NCBI GenBank assembly: GCA_944320495.1
Contig: CALUHR010000013.1
Coordinates: 1-64,000 of the forward strand
Length of the DNA: 64,000 nt
From: Candidatus Methanomethylophilaceae archaeon
GTDB lineage: Archaea; Thermoplasmatota; Thermoplasmata; Methanomassiliicoccales; Methanomethylophilaceae
Direction: 5' to 3'
Within the stretch, counting starts at the first letter, position 1. The number at the start of each line of letters is the position of its first letter. Shown here piece after piece: positions 20,449 to 29,409 of this stretch. The position numbers were made by a program, and so were the translations under genes. The notes below the pieces were generated by a model. That model worked only from the letters and a program-made list of their open reading frames with translations. It was not told the origin of the DNA and did not search any database.

Positions 20449-21093
20449 ATGAGATTCCTCCTCTTCACGGACCTGCATCAGAAGGCTTCCGTCATCGACA
20501 AGATCAACGACATGGCCGAGAGGCACGGCGCCGAGTTCATCGTATGCCTCGGCGACGTCACGGACATGGGAACCGTGGAGGATGCGAGGGGCATCCTCTC
20601 CAAGCTCAACCGCAAGGTGTACGCCATCCCCGGCAACTGCGACCCGGTGGACTTCCCCCAGGGCATCTCCGACGTCGCTGTGGACATGCACGGAAGGGCC
20701 GAGGAGATCGGCGGGCTCAGGTTCGTCGGCCTCGGAGGATCCAACATCACCATCTTCGGCACCCCGTTCGAGCTCGAGGAGGAGGACATAACGGACGCCC
20801 TGGAGGGCATCTCCGACGACGGCATGGTCCTCATGACCCACGCCCCATCCTACGGCATACTCGACCAGATCCCCTCCGGCCAGAGCGTCGGCAGCCCCGC
20901 GATCAGGGAGATAGTGGATCGCTACCACCCGATACTCGCAATGTCCGGGCACATCCACGAGGCGATCGGCGTCGTGGAGACCGACGGCACCGTGTTCGTC
21001 AACCCCGGCCCGGCGAAGGACGGGCGTATGGCGATCGTGGACATCACCGACGGCAAGGTGTCCGTGGAGCTCATCGGACCCACCGACCACTGA
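20449..21093 (+). CDS. Calcineurin-like metallophosphoesterase
   Basis: TDLH, GDVT, PGNCD, THAP, GHIHE and NPGP motifs. Confidence 0.85.
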   Translation: MRFLLFTDLHQKASVIDKINDMAERHGAEFIVCLGDVTDMGTVEDARGILSKLNRKVYAIPGNCDPVDFPQGISDVAVDMHGRAEEIGGLRFVGLGGSNITIFGTPFELEEEDITDALEGISDDGMVLMTHAPSYGILDQIPSGQSVGSPAIREIVDRYHPILAMSGHIHEAIGVVETDGTVFVNPGPAKDGRMAIVDITDGKVSVELIGPTDH

Positions 21094-21176
21094 TGGGAGA
21101 CGGGGACAGGAGGCATCCCTCCGTCCCTCCCCAATAATCTTTAAATACACATCCTGAATGGCGTGGCCTGATTACA

Positions 21177-21557
21177 ATGGCACTTTGGCAGGGTAAATCC
21201 AACAGGAAGCCCACTGGCGGCAGGCTCGTCGCCAGCCACGGGAAGAGGAAGTTCGAGATCGGCAGGGAGAAGCAGTTCACCAGAATCGGTGAGCAGACCC
21301 TGAAGCAGTATCGCGGAGCCGGCGGAAGTGTCAAGGTGGGAATGCTGAGCGCTCAGTACGCCAACGTCGTCGACAAGAAGACCAACACCGTCAAGAAGGT
21401 CAAGATCCTGACTGTGAAGTCCAACCCGTCCGACCCCAACTACGTTCAGCGTAACATCATGAACAAGGGAGCCACCATCTCCACCGAGATCGGTGACGCC
21501 ATCATCACGTCCAGGCCTGGCCAGGACGGCGCCGTCAACGCAGTGCTGCTCGAGTGA
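21177..21557 (+). CDS. rps8e: 30S ribosomal protein S8e
   Basis: MALWQGKSNRKPTGG, RGAGG, NIMNKGA and SRPGQDGAVNAVL. Confidence 0.97.
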   Translation: MALWQGKSNRKPTGGRLVASHGKRKFEIGREKQFTRIGEQTLKQYRGAGGSVKVGMLSAQYANVVDKKTNTVKKVKILTVKSNPSDPNYVQRNIMNKGATISTEIGDAIITSRPGQDGAVNAVLLE

Positions 21558-21647
21558 TTACATTGTTCGTCCGGCCTCCGAGCTTCTGGAGGCCGGACAT
21601 CCCATCTTGACGCACGTTCATATAGCGGGCGCTCCATCGAGGCTGAC

Positions 21648-21944
21648 ATGGCATACGACCCGGATGTTGCGATAACGCTCTGGCCCGAATACTTCGACAA
21701 GGGACTCACCAGAGCCCAGGGCAGGAGGCTCCCCAAGGACCTCTGCGTCGCGAAGCCGGACCTGGACATGATCGCCAAGGGCGCGATGCTCCTGGACCTG
21801 GAGTACGAGGTCAGGGAGGACATGTCCTACCCGAAGGCGCCCCGTGAGAAGCACGGATGCGTCAAGGTCGAGAAGGGGAAGCTCTCCAAGACAGAGATCC
21901 TCCCGAGGATCGGACAGGTCCTCGTAGAGAACCAGGGAAGGCGA
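21648..21944 (+). CDS. srp19: Signal recognition particle 19 kDa protein
   Basis: LWPEYFD, GRRLPK and YPKAP. Ends ENQGR then CGA at 21942-21944, 5 nt before the nnr TTG; standard end is 21956. Confidence 0.9.
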
Positions 21945-21949
21945 TCCCC

Positions 21950-23326
21950 TTGCTGACAGCCCTGGACTCCAGGGTGTCCGATGCCAACGCCGAGGCCCTC
22001 GGCGTGAGCGTCAGGGACCTCATGGGCAACGCGGGCAGATCCGTCTCGGACCTCCTGGGGTCGAGATATCCCGACTCCCGCATAATCTTCGTCTGCGGCT
22101 CCGGCAACAACGGCGGGGACGGCTTCGCCGCCGCCCTCGGCATGGACCCCTCCCGTGTGGAGGTGGCGCTCCTATGCGAGCCCTCCAGGATACATTCGGA
22201 CGAATCCAGATTCTACTACTCGCTGCTCGAATGCCCCATCACCCGCTATACCGCGGGGATAATCTCGGAATTCGACGTGGTCGTCGACTGCGCCCTGGGG
22301 ACGGGCGTCTCCGGAAGGGCGAGGGGGGACTACGCCGCGTTCATCGAGGAGACCAGGACCTGCGGGAGACCGGTCGTGTCCGTCGACGTGCCGTCCGGCC
22401 TCGGGACGGACCTGGCAGTGCATCCCGACGTCACCGTCACCTTCATGGACCTGAAGGAGGGCATGGACCCGTCCAACAGCGGTGAGATCATCGTCACGGA
22501 CATCGGGATCCCGTACGAGGCCTACCGTCTTGTAGGCCCCGGCGACATGCTCAGATACCCCGTTCCCGGAGCATCCAGCCACAAGGGGCAGAACGGGAGG
22601 CTCATGGTCATCGCGGGCGGCCCGTACTTCGGAGCACCGGCTATGGCATGCCTGTCGGCCCTACGCACAGGGACGGACATCGTGAGGCTGTTTTCGCCTG
22701 AATCGGTCCATCTGCAGGCGTCCCTGTCGACACCGGTCCTGATGGTCACGGACCTGCCCGGGGACAGGCTCACGCCGGATTCCGTGGACATGCTCCTCGG
22801 GGAATCGCAGTCCTACGATGCGGTCCTCATCGGCCCCGGCCTCGGGACATCCGAGGATACGATGGAGGCGGTCCGCGCATTCGTGACCCGCTGCGACAGA
22901 CCCGTGGTCATCGATGCCGACGGGATAACCGCCGTCAGAGGGATGAGGCTTAGCACGGAGACGGTCCTGACCCCCCATCGCGGGGAGTTCCAGGGACTGG
23001 GAGGAGGCAACCCCGAGGACATCGCCCGCATGACGGGCTCCGTCATCCTGCTCAAGGGGGCGGACGACATCGTGACCGACGGATCCAGGACGAGGACCAA
23101 CCGCACCGGCACCCCGGCAATGACCGGTGCCGGAACCGGGGACGTGCTAGCGGGATGCGTCGCCGGACTCATGGCCAAAGGCATGACGGCATTCGATGCC
23201 GCCTGTCTCGGAGCCTACATCTGCGGGAAGGCGGGGGAGATCGCATTCTCCGAGAGGTCATACGGGCTCATCGCCACAGACGTCATAGATTCCATACCGG
23301 CGGTCCTCAGGGATGGCCTCAGATGA
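21950..23326 (+). CDS. nnr: Bifunctional NAD(P)HX epimerase/dehydratase
   Basis: LMGNAG, GSGNNGGDGF, DVPSG, HKGQNG, IGPGLG, IDADG, LTPHRGEF and GAGTGDVLAG; TTG start at 21950. Confidence 0.92.
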   Translation: MLTALDSRVSDANAEALGVSVRDLMGNAGRSVSDLLGSRYPDSRIIFVCGSGNNGGDGFAAALGMDPSRVEVALLCEPSRIHSDESRFYYSLLECPITRYTAGIISEFDVVVDCALGTGVSGRARGDYAAFIEETRTCGRPVVSVDVPSGLGTDLAVHPDVTVTFMDLKEGMDPSNSGEIIVTDIGIPYEAYRLVGPGDMLRYPVPGASSHKGQNGRLMVIAGGPYFGAPAMACLSALRTGTDIVRLFSPESVHLQASLSTPVLMVTDLPGDRLTPDSVDMLLGESQSYDAVLIGPGLGTSEDTMEAVRAFVTRCDRPVVIDADGITAVRGMRLSTETVLTPHRGEFQGLGGGNPEDIARMTGSVILLKGADDIVTDGSRTRTNRTGTPAMTGAGTGDVLAGCVAGLMAKGMTAFDAACLGAYICGKAGEIAFSERSYGLIATDVIDSIPAVLRDGLR

Positions 23327-24129
23327 CCGATATCCAGCCGGTATACGGCATCCCGGCCCTGATGGTGGACTACGCCCTGGTCATCGGAGACCTCCACATC
23401 GGCCTCGAATCCCACCTCCGCAGCAAGGGGTTCCACCTGGTGTCCCACACCCGCGATATGCTCGATTCCATCATCGAGGCGGCGGGGGACGATGCCAGGC
23501 GCCTCATCGTCATAGGCGACGTCAAGGACTCCGTACCAGGCTCCACGAAACAGGAGTACGCCGAAATCCCGGATTTCTTCGAGGAGCTTTCGGAACGCTT
23601 CGACACGATAGACGTCGTCCGCGGCAACCATGACACCGGGATAGAGGAGTTCCTCCCGGGACGTGTCAACATCCGCCCGGCCACCGGGATGACCGTCGGC
23701 GATGTGGGATTCGTCCACGGGCACACATGGCCGTCGGAGGAGGTGATGTCCTCCAGATTCCTCGTGATGGCGCACAACCATCCGGCCGTCATGTTCAGGG
23801 ACGGGGTCGGAAGACAAACGACCGAGCCTTGCTGGCTCAGAGGAAGGTTCAACACGGAATCGGACGACAGGTACCCCAAGCTCCCAGAGGGCTTCATCGT
23901 TGTGCCGGCATTCAACCGCATGCTCGGGGGGTCCCCGGTGAACACGGTCGGAGACGAGCTCCTGGGGCCCGTCCTCAACAGCGGCCTCCTGGACCTGGAT
24001 GATGCGCACCTCTACCTGCTCGACGGGATCGACCTCGGCAGGAGGGCGGACCTGATGATCGAGGGAAGGCGCAACGGGCCCTGGAAGAACCGCGACAGCG
24101 GACCGAAGCGCCGTGCCAAATACTCGTGA
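23323..24129 (+). CDS. Metallophosphoesterase
   Basis: GDLHIG, GDVKD, RGNHD, HGH, AHNHP and VPAFN motifs; ATGA overlap with the nnr stop. Confidence 0.85.
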   Translation: MTDIQPVYGIPALMVDYALVIGDLHIGLESHLRSKGFHLVSHTRDMLDSIIEAAGDDARRLIVIGDVKDSVPGSTKQEYAEIPDFFEELSERFDTIDVVRGNHDTGIEEFLPGRVNIRPATGMTVGDVGFVHGHTWPSEEVMSSRFLVMAHNHPAVMFRDGVGRQTTEPCWLRGRFNTESDDRYPKLPEGFIVVPAFNRMLGGSPVNTVGDELLGPVLNSGLLDLDDAHLYLLDGIDLGRRADLMIEGRRNGPWKNRDSGPKRRAKYS

Positions 24130-24236
24130 ACCTGTTTTGAGAATGTTCAAACACTCTAAATAACAGCGTTAACAAGAATATATCGTTGCATTTTTCCACG
24201 CATTCGTATTTATTCTAAATCGGCTAATGAGTACCG

Positions 24237-25697
24237 ATGACGTCCGTCAAAGCCGTTGCAGCCATAGCCGTGGTCGTCCTCGTAGTCTGCGCCGCAGTGG
24301 GCGCATACATCGCGTTCAACGACAAAGGCTCCGACTCTCCGACGAGGAGCGGAGCCATCGGCAACTCCGTTTCGATCGGAGACATGTACACCCTCGAGTC
24401 CTCCTCCTCGGACTCGACCACACCCACCGTGACGACCTACGAGGTCGTCGACATCCAGGACGACACCGTCCTCGTCGATGTCACCACCGGCGGCACCACC
24501 GAGAGGACCAGCGACTCCGTCACCGGATTCCTGGACGATGTGAGCACATCGACGCCCACCGGCATGTACCAGAGGACCGAGACGATCTCCACCGACATGG
24601 GTCAGGTCGTCTGCGACATCTACTTCAGCGAGGTCTCCGCAGGCAACGCCACCACCGTATCCACCTACGATTGGATCGGCCAGGGGACCAACATCATCTA
24701 CAAGACCGAGATCACCATCAGATCCAACGCTACGTCGGAAACCTACACCACGGTCCTGAAGAGCACCAACATGATCGACACCTCGACCGGCGTCGACGTC
24801 CCGTCCACACCGCCCATCGACACCTCCACAGTGAGGGATGAGATCGTCCAGGGCGATTACATCGAGTACACCGAGTACAACGAGAGGGGCTGGAGGGAGG
24901 ATGTCGAGAGGTTCACCGTCCTCGATGTCCGCGACGGCTGGGTGTTCTACACCGATGACGACGACTGGGAATGGGACGACTCCGAGAGGATATCCCAGGA
25001 GGGATTCCGCAACCTGCTCATCTATTCCGGTTCCGACTCCCCCGTGAGGACGGAGAACATCGAAACCGAGTTCGGAAGCGTCTCGTGCAACGTGTACCAG
25101 CCCCAGTATTACCCCGGATTCGACTGGGAGGAGCAGCTCACATTCTATGTCGGATCGAACGACGGCGTGATCTACATGTTCACCATCTCCGAGTGGGACG
25201 ACTGGAGAGAGGAGGTCGAGACCTACAAGCTCACTGGCACCTCCCTGTTCCTCGATGCGCCCTCCGGCGGAGGCGGATCCACGTCCACTCCCTCGCTATC
25301 CGAGAACAGATACGGCGTCGAGCTCGCCGTGGGCGATTACTACACCATCCACGACGATGACGACAGATACGCCGAGACAAGGACCATCATAGCGATCGAG
25401 AACGGCCGCCTCATCGTTGAGGAGACGGAAGGCAACAAGGTCGAGATCGAGAGAATGTCCGCCAACGACTTCCTCGACGACATCATGGTCACCCAGGCGC
25501 AGATCGACCGCATGACCTCCGAGGGATCCGAGACCCTGAACGGAGTACAGTGCCAGAAGTACTCCTACCGCGACGATGACGACCGTGTGACGGTCTGGAT
25601 CGACTCCAATAACGTCATCTGGAAGACACTCGACGACGAGGGCTGGTTCGGAGAGACAGAGACCCTCGAGGCTCTTGGGATCGCCTCCCTGATCTGA
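24237..25697 (+). CDS. Membrane-anchored acidic surface protein with three internal repeats
   Basis: N-terminal TM (AVAAIAVVVLVVCAAVGAYIAF) followed by three related Thr/Asp/Glu-rich beta-type units that begin GDMY, GDYI and GDYY, separated by Pro/Ser/Thr linkers. Confidence 0.8.
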   Translation: MTSVKAVAAIAVVVLVVCAAVGAYIAFNDKGSDSPTRSGAIGNSVSIGDMYTLESSSSDSTTPTVTTYEVVDIQDDTVLVDVTTGGTTERTSDSVTGFLDDVSTSTPTGMYQRTETISTDMGQVVCDIYFSEVSAGNATTVSTYDWIGQGTNIIYKTEITIRSNATSETYTTVLKSTNMIDTSTGVDVPSTPPIDTSTVRDEIVQGDYIEYTEYNERGWREDVERFTVLDVRDGWVFYTDDDDWEWDDSERISQEGFRNLLIYSGSDSPVRTENIETEFGSVSCNVYQPQYYPGFDWEEQLTFYVGSNDGVIYMFTISEWDDWREEVETYKLTGTSLFLDAPSGGGGSTSTPSLSENRYGVELAVGDYYTIHDDDDRYAETRTIIAIENGRLIVEETEGNKVEIERMSANDFLDDIMVTQAQIDRMTSEGSETLNGVQCQKYSYRDDDDRVTVWIDSNNVIWKTLDDEGWFGETETLEALGIASLI

Positions 25698-25704
25698 ATC
25701 CACC

Positions 25705-25728
25705 CGCCCGCCTGCGGGCGGGCGGAAA
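25705..25728. repeat. 24-bp GC-rich palindromic repeat, copy 1
   Basis: CGCCCGCCTGCGGGCGGGCGGAAA, identical at 59919-59942. Confidence 0.75.
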
Positions 25729-26130
25729 CCTCTTCACCCTTCTTGCATCTCTTACTGCCTGCATCTGTTTACTCATGAACCAGTCAACCGATTCTGTCAC
25801 CTGGTGATCCCTTTGATGTTTCTGGCAGAGACCGGCCTCAGGCTCGAGAAAAAGAGGACCGGTCGATCTGCCCGAGAACGAACAGCCGATTCGGCATCTC
25901 ATATCGGATGGGAACGCACTACGGCTGCGATCCGCCTCTGCTCCATCTGGACATGGATGCCCGCAGGAGGGACGATCGGACAAAGATGTCAAACGAGACT
26001 GTGGCCACGTGACCGATCCGATTGATGTGACAGCAACCCCGATGACTGGGTTGCCGTACGGAATCGAGTACCGAGTCCTGATGAATCGACATTGCAGGAA
26101 ACGGATACAGAAGGATTGGATGTGTAAGGA

Positions 26131-26146
26131 GGGGGCTTTCGCCCCC
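26131..26146. terminator. Hairpin downstream of mvhA
   Basis: GGGGGC-TTTC-GCCCCC, 9 nt beyond the mvhA stop. Confidence 0.55.
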
Positions 26147-26155
26147 AGTTTTTGA

Positions 26156-27673
26156 TCAGTTCCTGGTGATCGTGTCGTACACGGATCCGTCGGAGTTCCT
26201 GATGACCGCGGTCAGCGGCATCTGCCCGGGCAGAGCGTGGGTCGCGCAGGAGTTGCAGGGGTCGTAAGCCCTGAACGCCATCTCGACCATGTTCAGCAGT
26301 CCGGGGGAGACGTCGTAGTTGTGGATGAGGCCCTTAGCGACCTTCGCGACGTCCATGCAGATGGGACCGTTGTTGTTGGTGGTTCCGACGACCATGTTGC
26401 ACGCGGTGACGATACCGTTCTCGTCGCAGGTGTAGTCGTGGGTCAGGGTTCCGCGGGGAGCCTCGACGCATCCGACACCCCTTCCGCCGGGAACGAGGTC
26501 GTGCTGCTTGATGTCGCCGTTGAGGATGTCGGGGTTGGAGACGTCCTCGAGGCACTTCTCGGCGCAGCAGATCATCTCGATGATCCTTGCCCAGTGGGTT
26601 GCCAGGGTGAACTGGCAGGGTCCGTCGACACCGGCGTCCTTGAGGATGCCGCGGTACTCGACCAGGGCGTCCTGGGCGAGCGGGGTGGGCATCTCCTTGC
26701 AGACGTTCAGCCTAGACAGGGGGCTGGCCCTGTACATACCGGAGTCGGGTCCGTCGACGAGTCCCTTGTATCCGGGCTTCTTGAGGTACGGGAACTTCTC
26801 GTACGACCAGGGCTCGGAGGCCTCGGCGATGTTGTCCAGGTAGTCGTAGGGGTCGTAGAGGTTGGTCTGCTCTCCCTTCTGGTTGACGACCTTGACCTTT
26901 CCGTCGTGGATCTCGAACTGGCCCTTGTCGTTGACGAGTCCCATGTGGTAGGTCTCGTGGTAGTACAGATCCTTGTTCAGCACGATGTCCATGTACTCCT
27001 TGTTCGACAGGACGACGTCCTTGAACACCTGGAGTGAGGTCTTGGCGAACTCCACCATGTCCTGGGCGAACCCGATCATCTGCTGCTGCTCCTCCTTGGT
27101 GACCCCCTTGGAGACTCCTCCGGGGACACCGACGAGGGGGTGGGTGGGCTTTCCGCCGATGATGGCCTGGATGTTCTGGGCCTCCCTGCGGGTCTTGATG
27201 ACGGCTCCTCCCAGCTCGAGTCCGACGTGTCCGACGACACCGAGGACATTCCTCTCCGCCGCGGGGGCGGCGGGTCCGCACACGAAGTCCGGGGCAGCCA
27301 GCGCGTAGAAGTGCGCGATGTGGCTGTGAACGAAGTGGGCGTTGTAGAACGCGTCCCTGATGAGGTAGGCGGTCTCGGTCGGCTTGGCGTTGTAGCAGCC
27401 GTCGATGGCCTTGGTCGCGGCCATGTGGTGCGCGCCGGGGCACACACCGCAGAGCCTGGCGGTGATCTGGTTGAGCTCCGTGACCCTCCTGCCGATGCAG
27501 AACCTCTCGAATCCCCTGAGCTCGGGGACCTGCCAGTACGCGTTCTCGACGTCTCCCTTGTCATCCAGGAAGATCTCGATCTTCCCGTGTCCCTCGAGAC
27601 GGGTGATGGGGTCGACGGTGACGCGCTTGGTGGTCACTTTCTGCTTCTCATCCCATATGACTGGTCCAGCCAT
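26156..27673 (-). CDS. mvhA: F420-non-reducing [NiFe] hydrogenase large subunit
   Basis: ITRLEGHG, L1 motif RLCGVC, VEAPRGTL and L2 motif DPCNSCATH followed by a cleavable C-terminal tail. Confidence 0.93.
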   Translation of the reverse strand: MAGPVIWDEKQKVTTKRVTVDPITRLEGHGKIEIFLDDKGDVENAYWQVPELRGFERFCIGRRVTELNQITARLCGVCPGAHHMAATKAIDGCYNAKPTETAYLIRDAFYNAHFVHSHIAHFYALAAPDFVCGPAAPAAERNVLGVVGHVGLELGGAVIKTRREAQNIQAIIGGKPTHPLVGVPGGVSKGVTKEEQQQMIGFAQDMVEFAKTSLQVFKDVVLSNKEYMDIVLNKDLYYHETYHMGLVNDKGQFEIHDGKVKVVNQKGEQTNLYDPYDYLDNIAEASEPWSYEKFPYLKKPGYKGLVDGPDSGMYRASPLSRLNVCKEMPTPLAQDALVEYRGILKDAGVDGPCQFTLATHWARIIEMICCAEKCLEDVSNPDILNGDIKQHDLVPGGRGVGCVEAPRGTLTHDYTCDENGIVTACNMVVGTTNNNGPICMDVAKVAKGLIHNYDVSPGLLNMVEMAFRAYDPCNSCATHALPGQMPLTAVIRNSDGSVYDTITRN

Positions 27674-27674
27674 T

Positions 27675-28982
27675 TCAGTTGCCTCCTGTCTTGTTCTCGA
27701 TGACGGCCCTCTTGATCAGCGACTTGCCCAGGGTGTAGGCGTAGAAGTAGCCGAGGGGGTCCTTGATTCCGCCCATGATCTTGATGATCTCGTCCTCTCC
27801 GCAGATCGGGTCCTCGTCCAGGATGGGGTAGAGGGAAGCGACGGCGGTGAAGATGGACGCACCCTGCTCCTGGACATCAGGGGAGGGTCCGTAGCATCCG
27901 CGGCAGGGCTGTCCCACACGGGTGCACCTGGCCTCGCATCCGCCGACGGTCGCGGGTCCGAGGCACAGGATTCCCTGCTCCATGAGGCACTTCTCCGGGT
28001 CGACATCGACCTGGTAGGGCTCCTTGAGCTCGGTGATCCTGGCACCGGTCTTCTGCCTGGGGCACTCCTCGCACAGGGTCCTGGTGGTGACACCGATGGT
28101 GGTTCCCTTGGGCGGGAGGGGCACTCCGTTGTAGGCGAAGTCGGCGACGGCCTTCAGCATGTTGGAGATGGTCTCCGGGAGGGGCGGGCATCCGGGCACG
28201 TAGTAGTCCACGTCGATGACCTGATCGAGGGTCTTGACGGTGTCGTACAGCACGGGCAGGGTGAGCTCTCCCTCGGGGGCCTGATAGGAGTTGACGGGCA
28301 CCTGGGGCGCGTCGGCGTGGTACTCCTGCTGGAAGTTGGCCGAGGACGGGGTCTTGGTGTAGACGTAGTCCAGGATGTCCTTGGCTCCACCGGGCACGAG
28401 GTTGGCGAGGGCGGGGCTTCCGCCGAAGACGGCGCAGGTTCCGTAGGAGACGACGATCTTGGACTTCTGCCTCAGCAGCTTGGCCATGTGCTCGTTCTCG
28501 GAGTTCCTGACGGCTCCGGAGATGATGGAGACGGTGATCTCGCCGTCCTCCATGGCGGCGATGTCCTTCTCCTTTCCGTCGGCGGCGACGGGCCACATGA
28601 CGATGTCGGCCATGTCGCCGACGGTCAGCAGCCTCTCGTGGGTGTCCAGCAGGGACACGTCGCATCCTCCGCAGGCGGCGCACCAGTAGACGGCGAGCTT
28701 GATCTTGCCGCCGGCGGGGGCACCGGGGAGGAGGGGTCCGAGGTCAGCGGCCTCGAGCTGGACTCCCGCGGGGATCTTGGAGTCGCCGGGCATGGCGACC
28801 GGGGGCACGATGAAGTCGTAGGGGCCGGGGTTGCCGGCGGATCCTGCGGGCTTCGCGGGGGCCGCTGCGGGTGCGGCGGCCGCCTTCGGGGCCTCCTTGG
28901 GCTTCTCGGCCGCCTTGGGGGCGGCCTTGGGCGCCTCTTTCGCGTCCTTGTCCTTCTTGAACAGCTTGTCGAAGAATCCCAT
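27675..28982 (-). CDS. mvhG: F420-non-reducing hydrogenase small subunit with N-terminal extension
   Basis: WCAACGGC, GAVRNSEN, YGTCAVFGG, VPGCPP, LCEECP, CLGPATVGGC and PCRGCYG. The start at 28982 (MGFFDKLF) follows the mvhD stop by 1 nt. Confidence 0.9.
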   Translation of the reverse strand: MGFFDKLFKKDKDAKEAPKAAPKAAEKPKEAPKAAAAPAAAPAKPAGSAGNPGPYDFIVPPVAMPGDSKIPAGVQLEAADLGPLLPGAPAGGKIKLAVYWCAACGGCDVSLLDTHERLLTVGDMADIVMWPVAADGKEKDIAAMEDGEITVSIISGAVRNSENEHMAKLLRQKSKIVVSYGTCAVFGGSPALANLVPGGAKDILDYVYTKTPSSANFQQEYHADAPQVPVNSYQAPEGELTLPVLYDTVKTLDQVIDVDYYVPGCPPLPETISNMLKAVADFAYNGVPLPPKGTTIGVTTRTLCEECPRQKTGARITELKEPYQVDVDPEKCLMEQGILCLGPATVGGCEARCTRVGQPCRGCYGPSPDVQEQGASIFTAVASLYPILDEDPICGEDEIIKIMGGIKDPLGYFYAYTLGKSLIKRAVIENKTGGN

Positions 28983-28983
28983 T

Positions 28984-29403
28984 TCAGTTCTCCTCCTTGA
29001 CGAGGGGGGTCGGTCCGAGCTCCTTGATGGTGTCGACGAACTCGACGATGGTCTTCTGGAATTTCTCTCCCTCCGAAGCGGAGACCCACTCGAGCTTGAG
29101 CCTCTTGGGGTCGAATCCGTACTGCTCCAGGACCATCCTGAGGAGGGCGATCCTCCTCCTGGCCCTGTAATTCCCACCGATGTAGTGGCAGTCGGCGGGG
29201 TGGCATCCGAGGACCATGACGCCGTCGGCGCCCTTGGCGAAGGCCCTGAGGACGAACTCGGGGTCCACACGGGCGGAGCACATGGTCCTGATGATGCGGA
29301 AGTTGGTCGGCATCTGCAGCCTGGCCACACCGGCGCCGTCGGCACCGGCGTAGGAGCACCAGTTGCAGCAGAACGTGACGATCCTAGGTTCGAAGTCTGC
29401 CAT
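28984..29403 (-). CDS. mvhD: Hydrogenase iron-sulfur subunit MvhD
   Basis: FCCNWCSYAGAD, MCSARVD, GCHPADCHY and WVSASEG. Confidence 0.96.
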   Translation of the reverse strand: MADFEPRIVTFCCNWCSYAGADGAGVARLQMPTNFRIIRTMCSARVDPEFVLRAFAKGADGVMVLGCHPADCHYIGGNYRARRRIALLRMVLEQYGFDPKRLKLEWVSASEGEKFQKTIVEFVDTIKELGPTPLVKEEN

Positions 29404-29409
29404 TGTGAA

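Noticed and set aside
25730-26130. 400-bp intergenic region with a GCAACCC/GGGTTGC hairpin as a possible ncRNA or mobile remnant
   Set aside because: No recognisable RNA family, terminal repeats or credible ORF; insufficient evidence.
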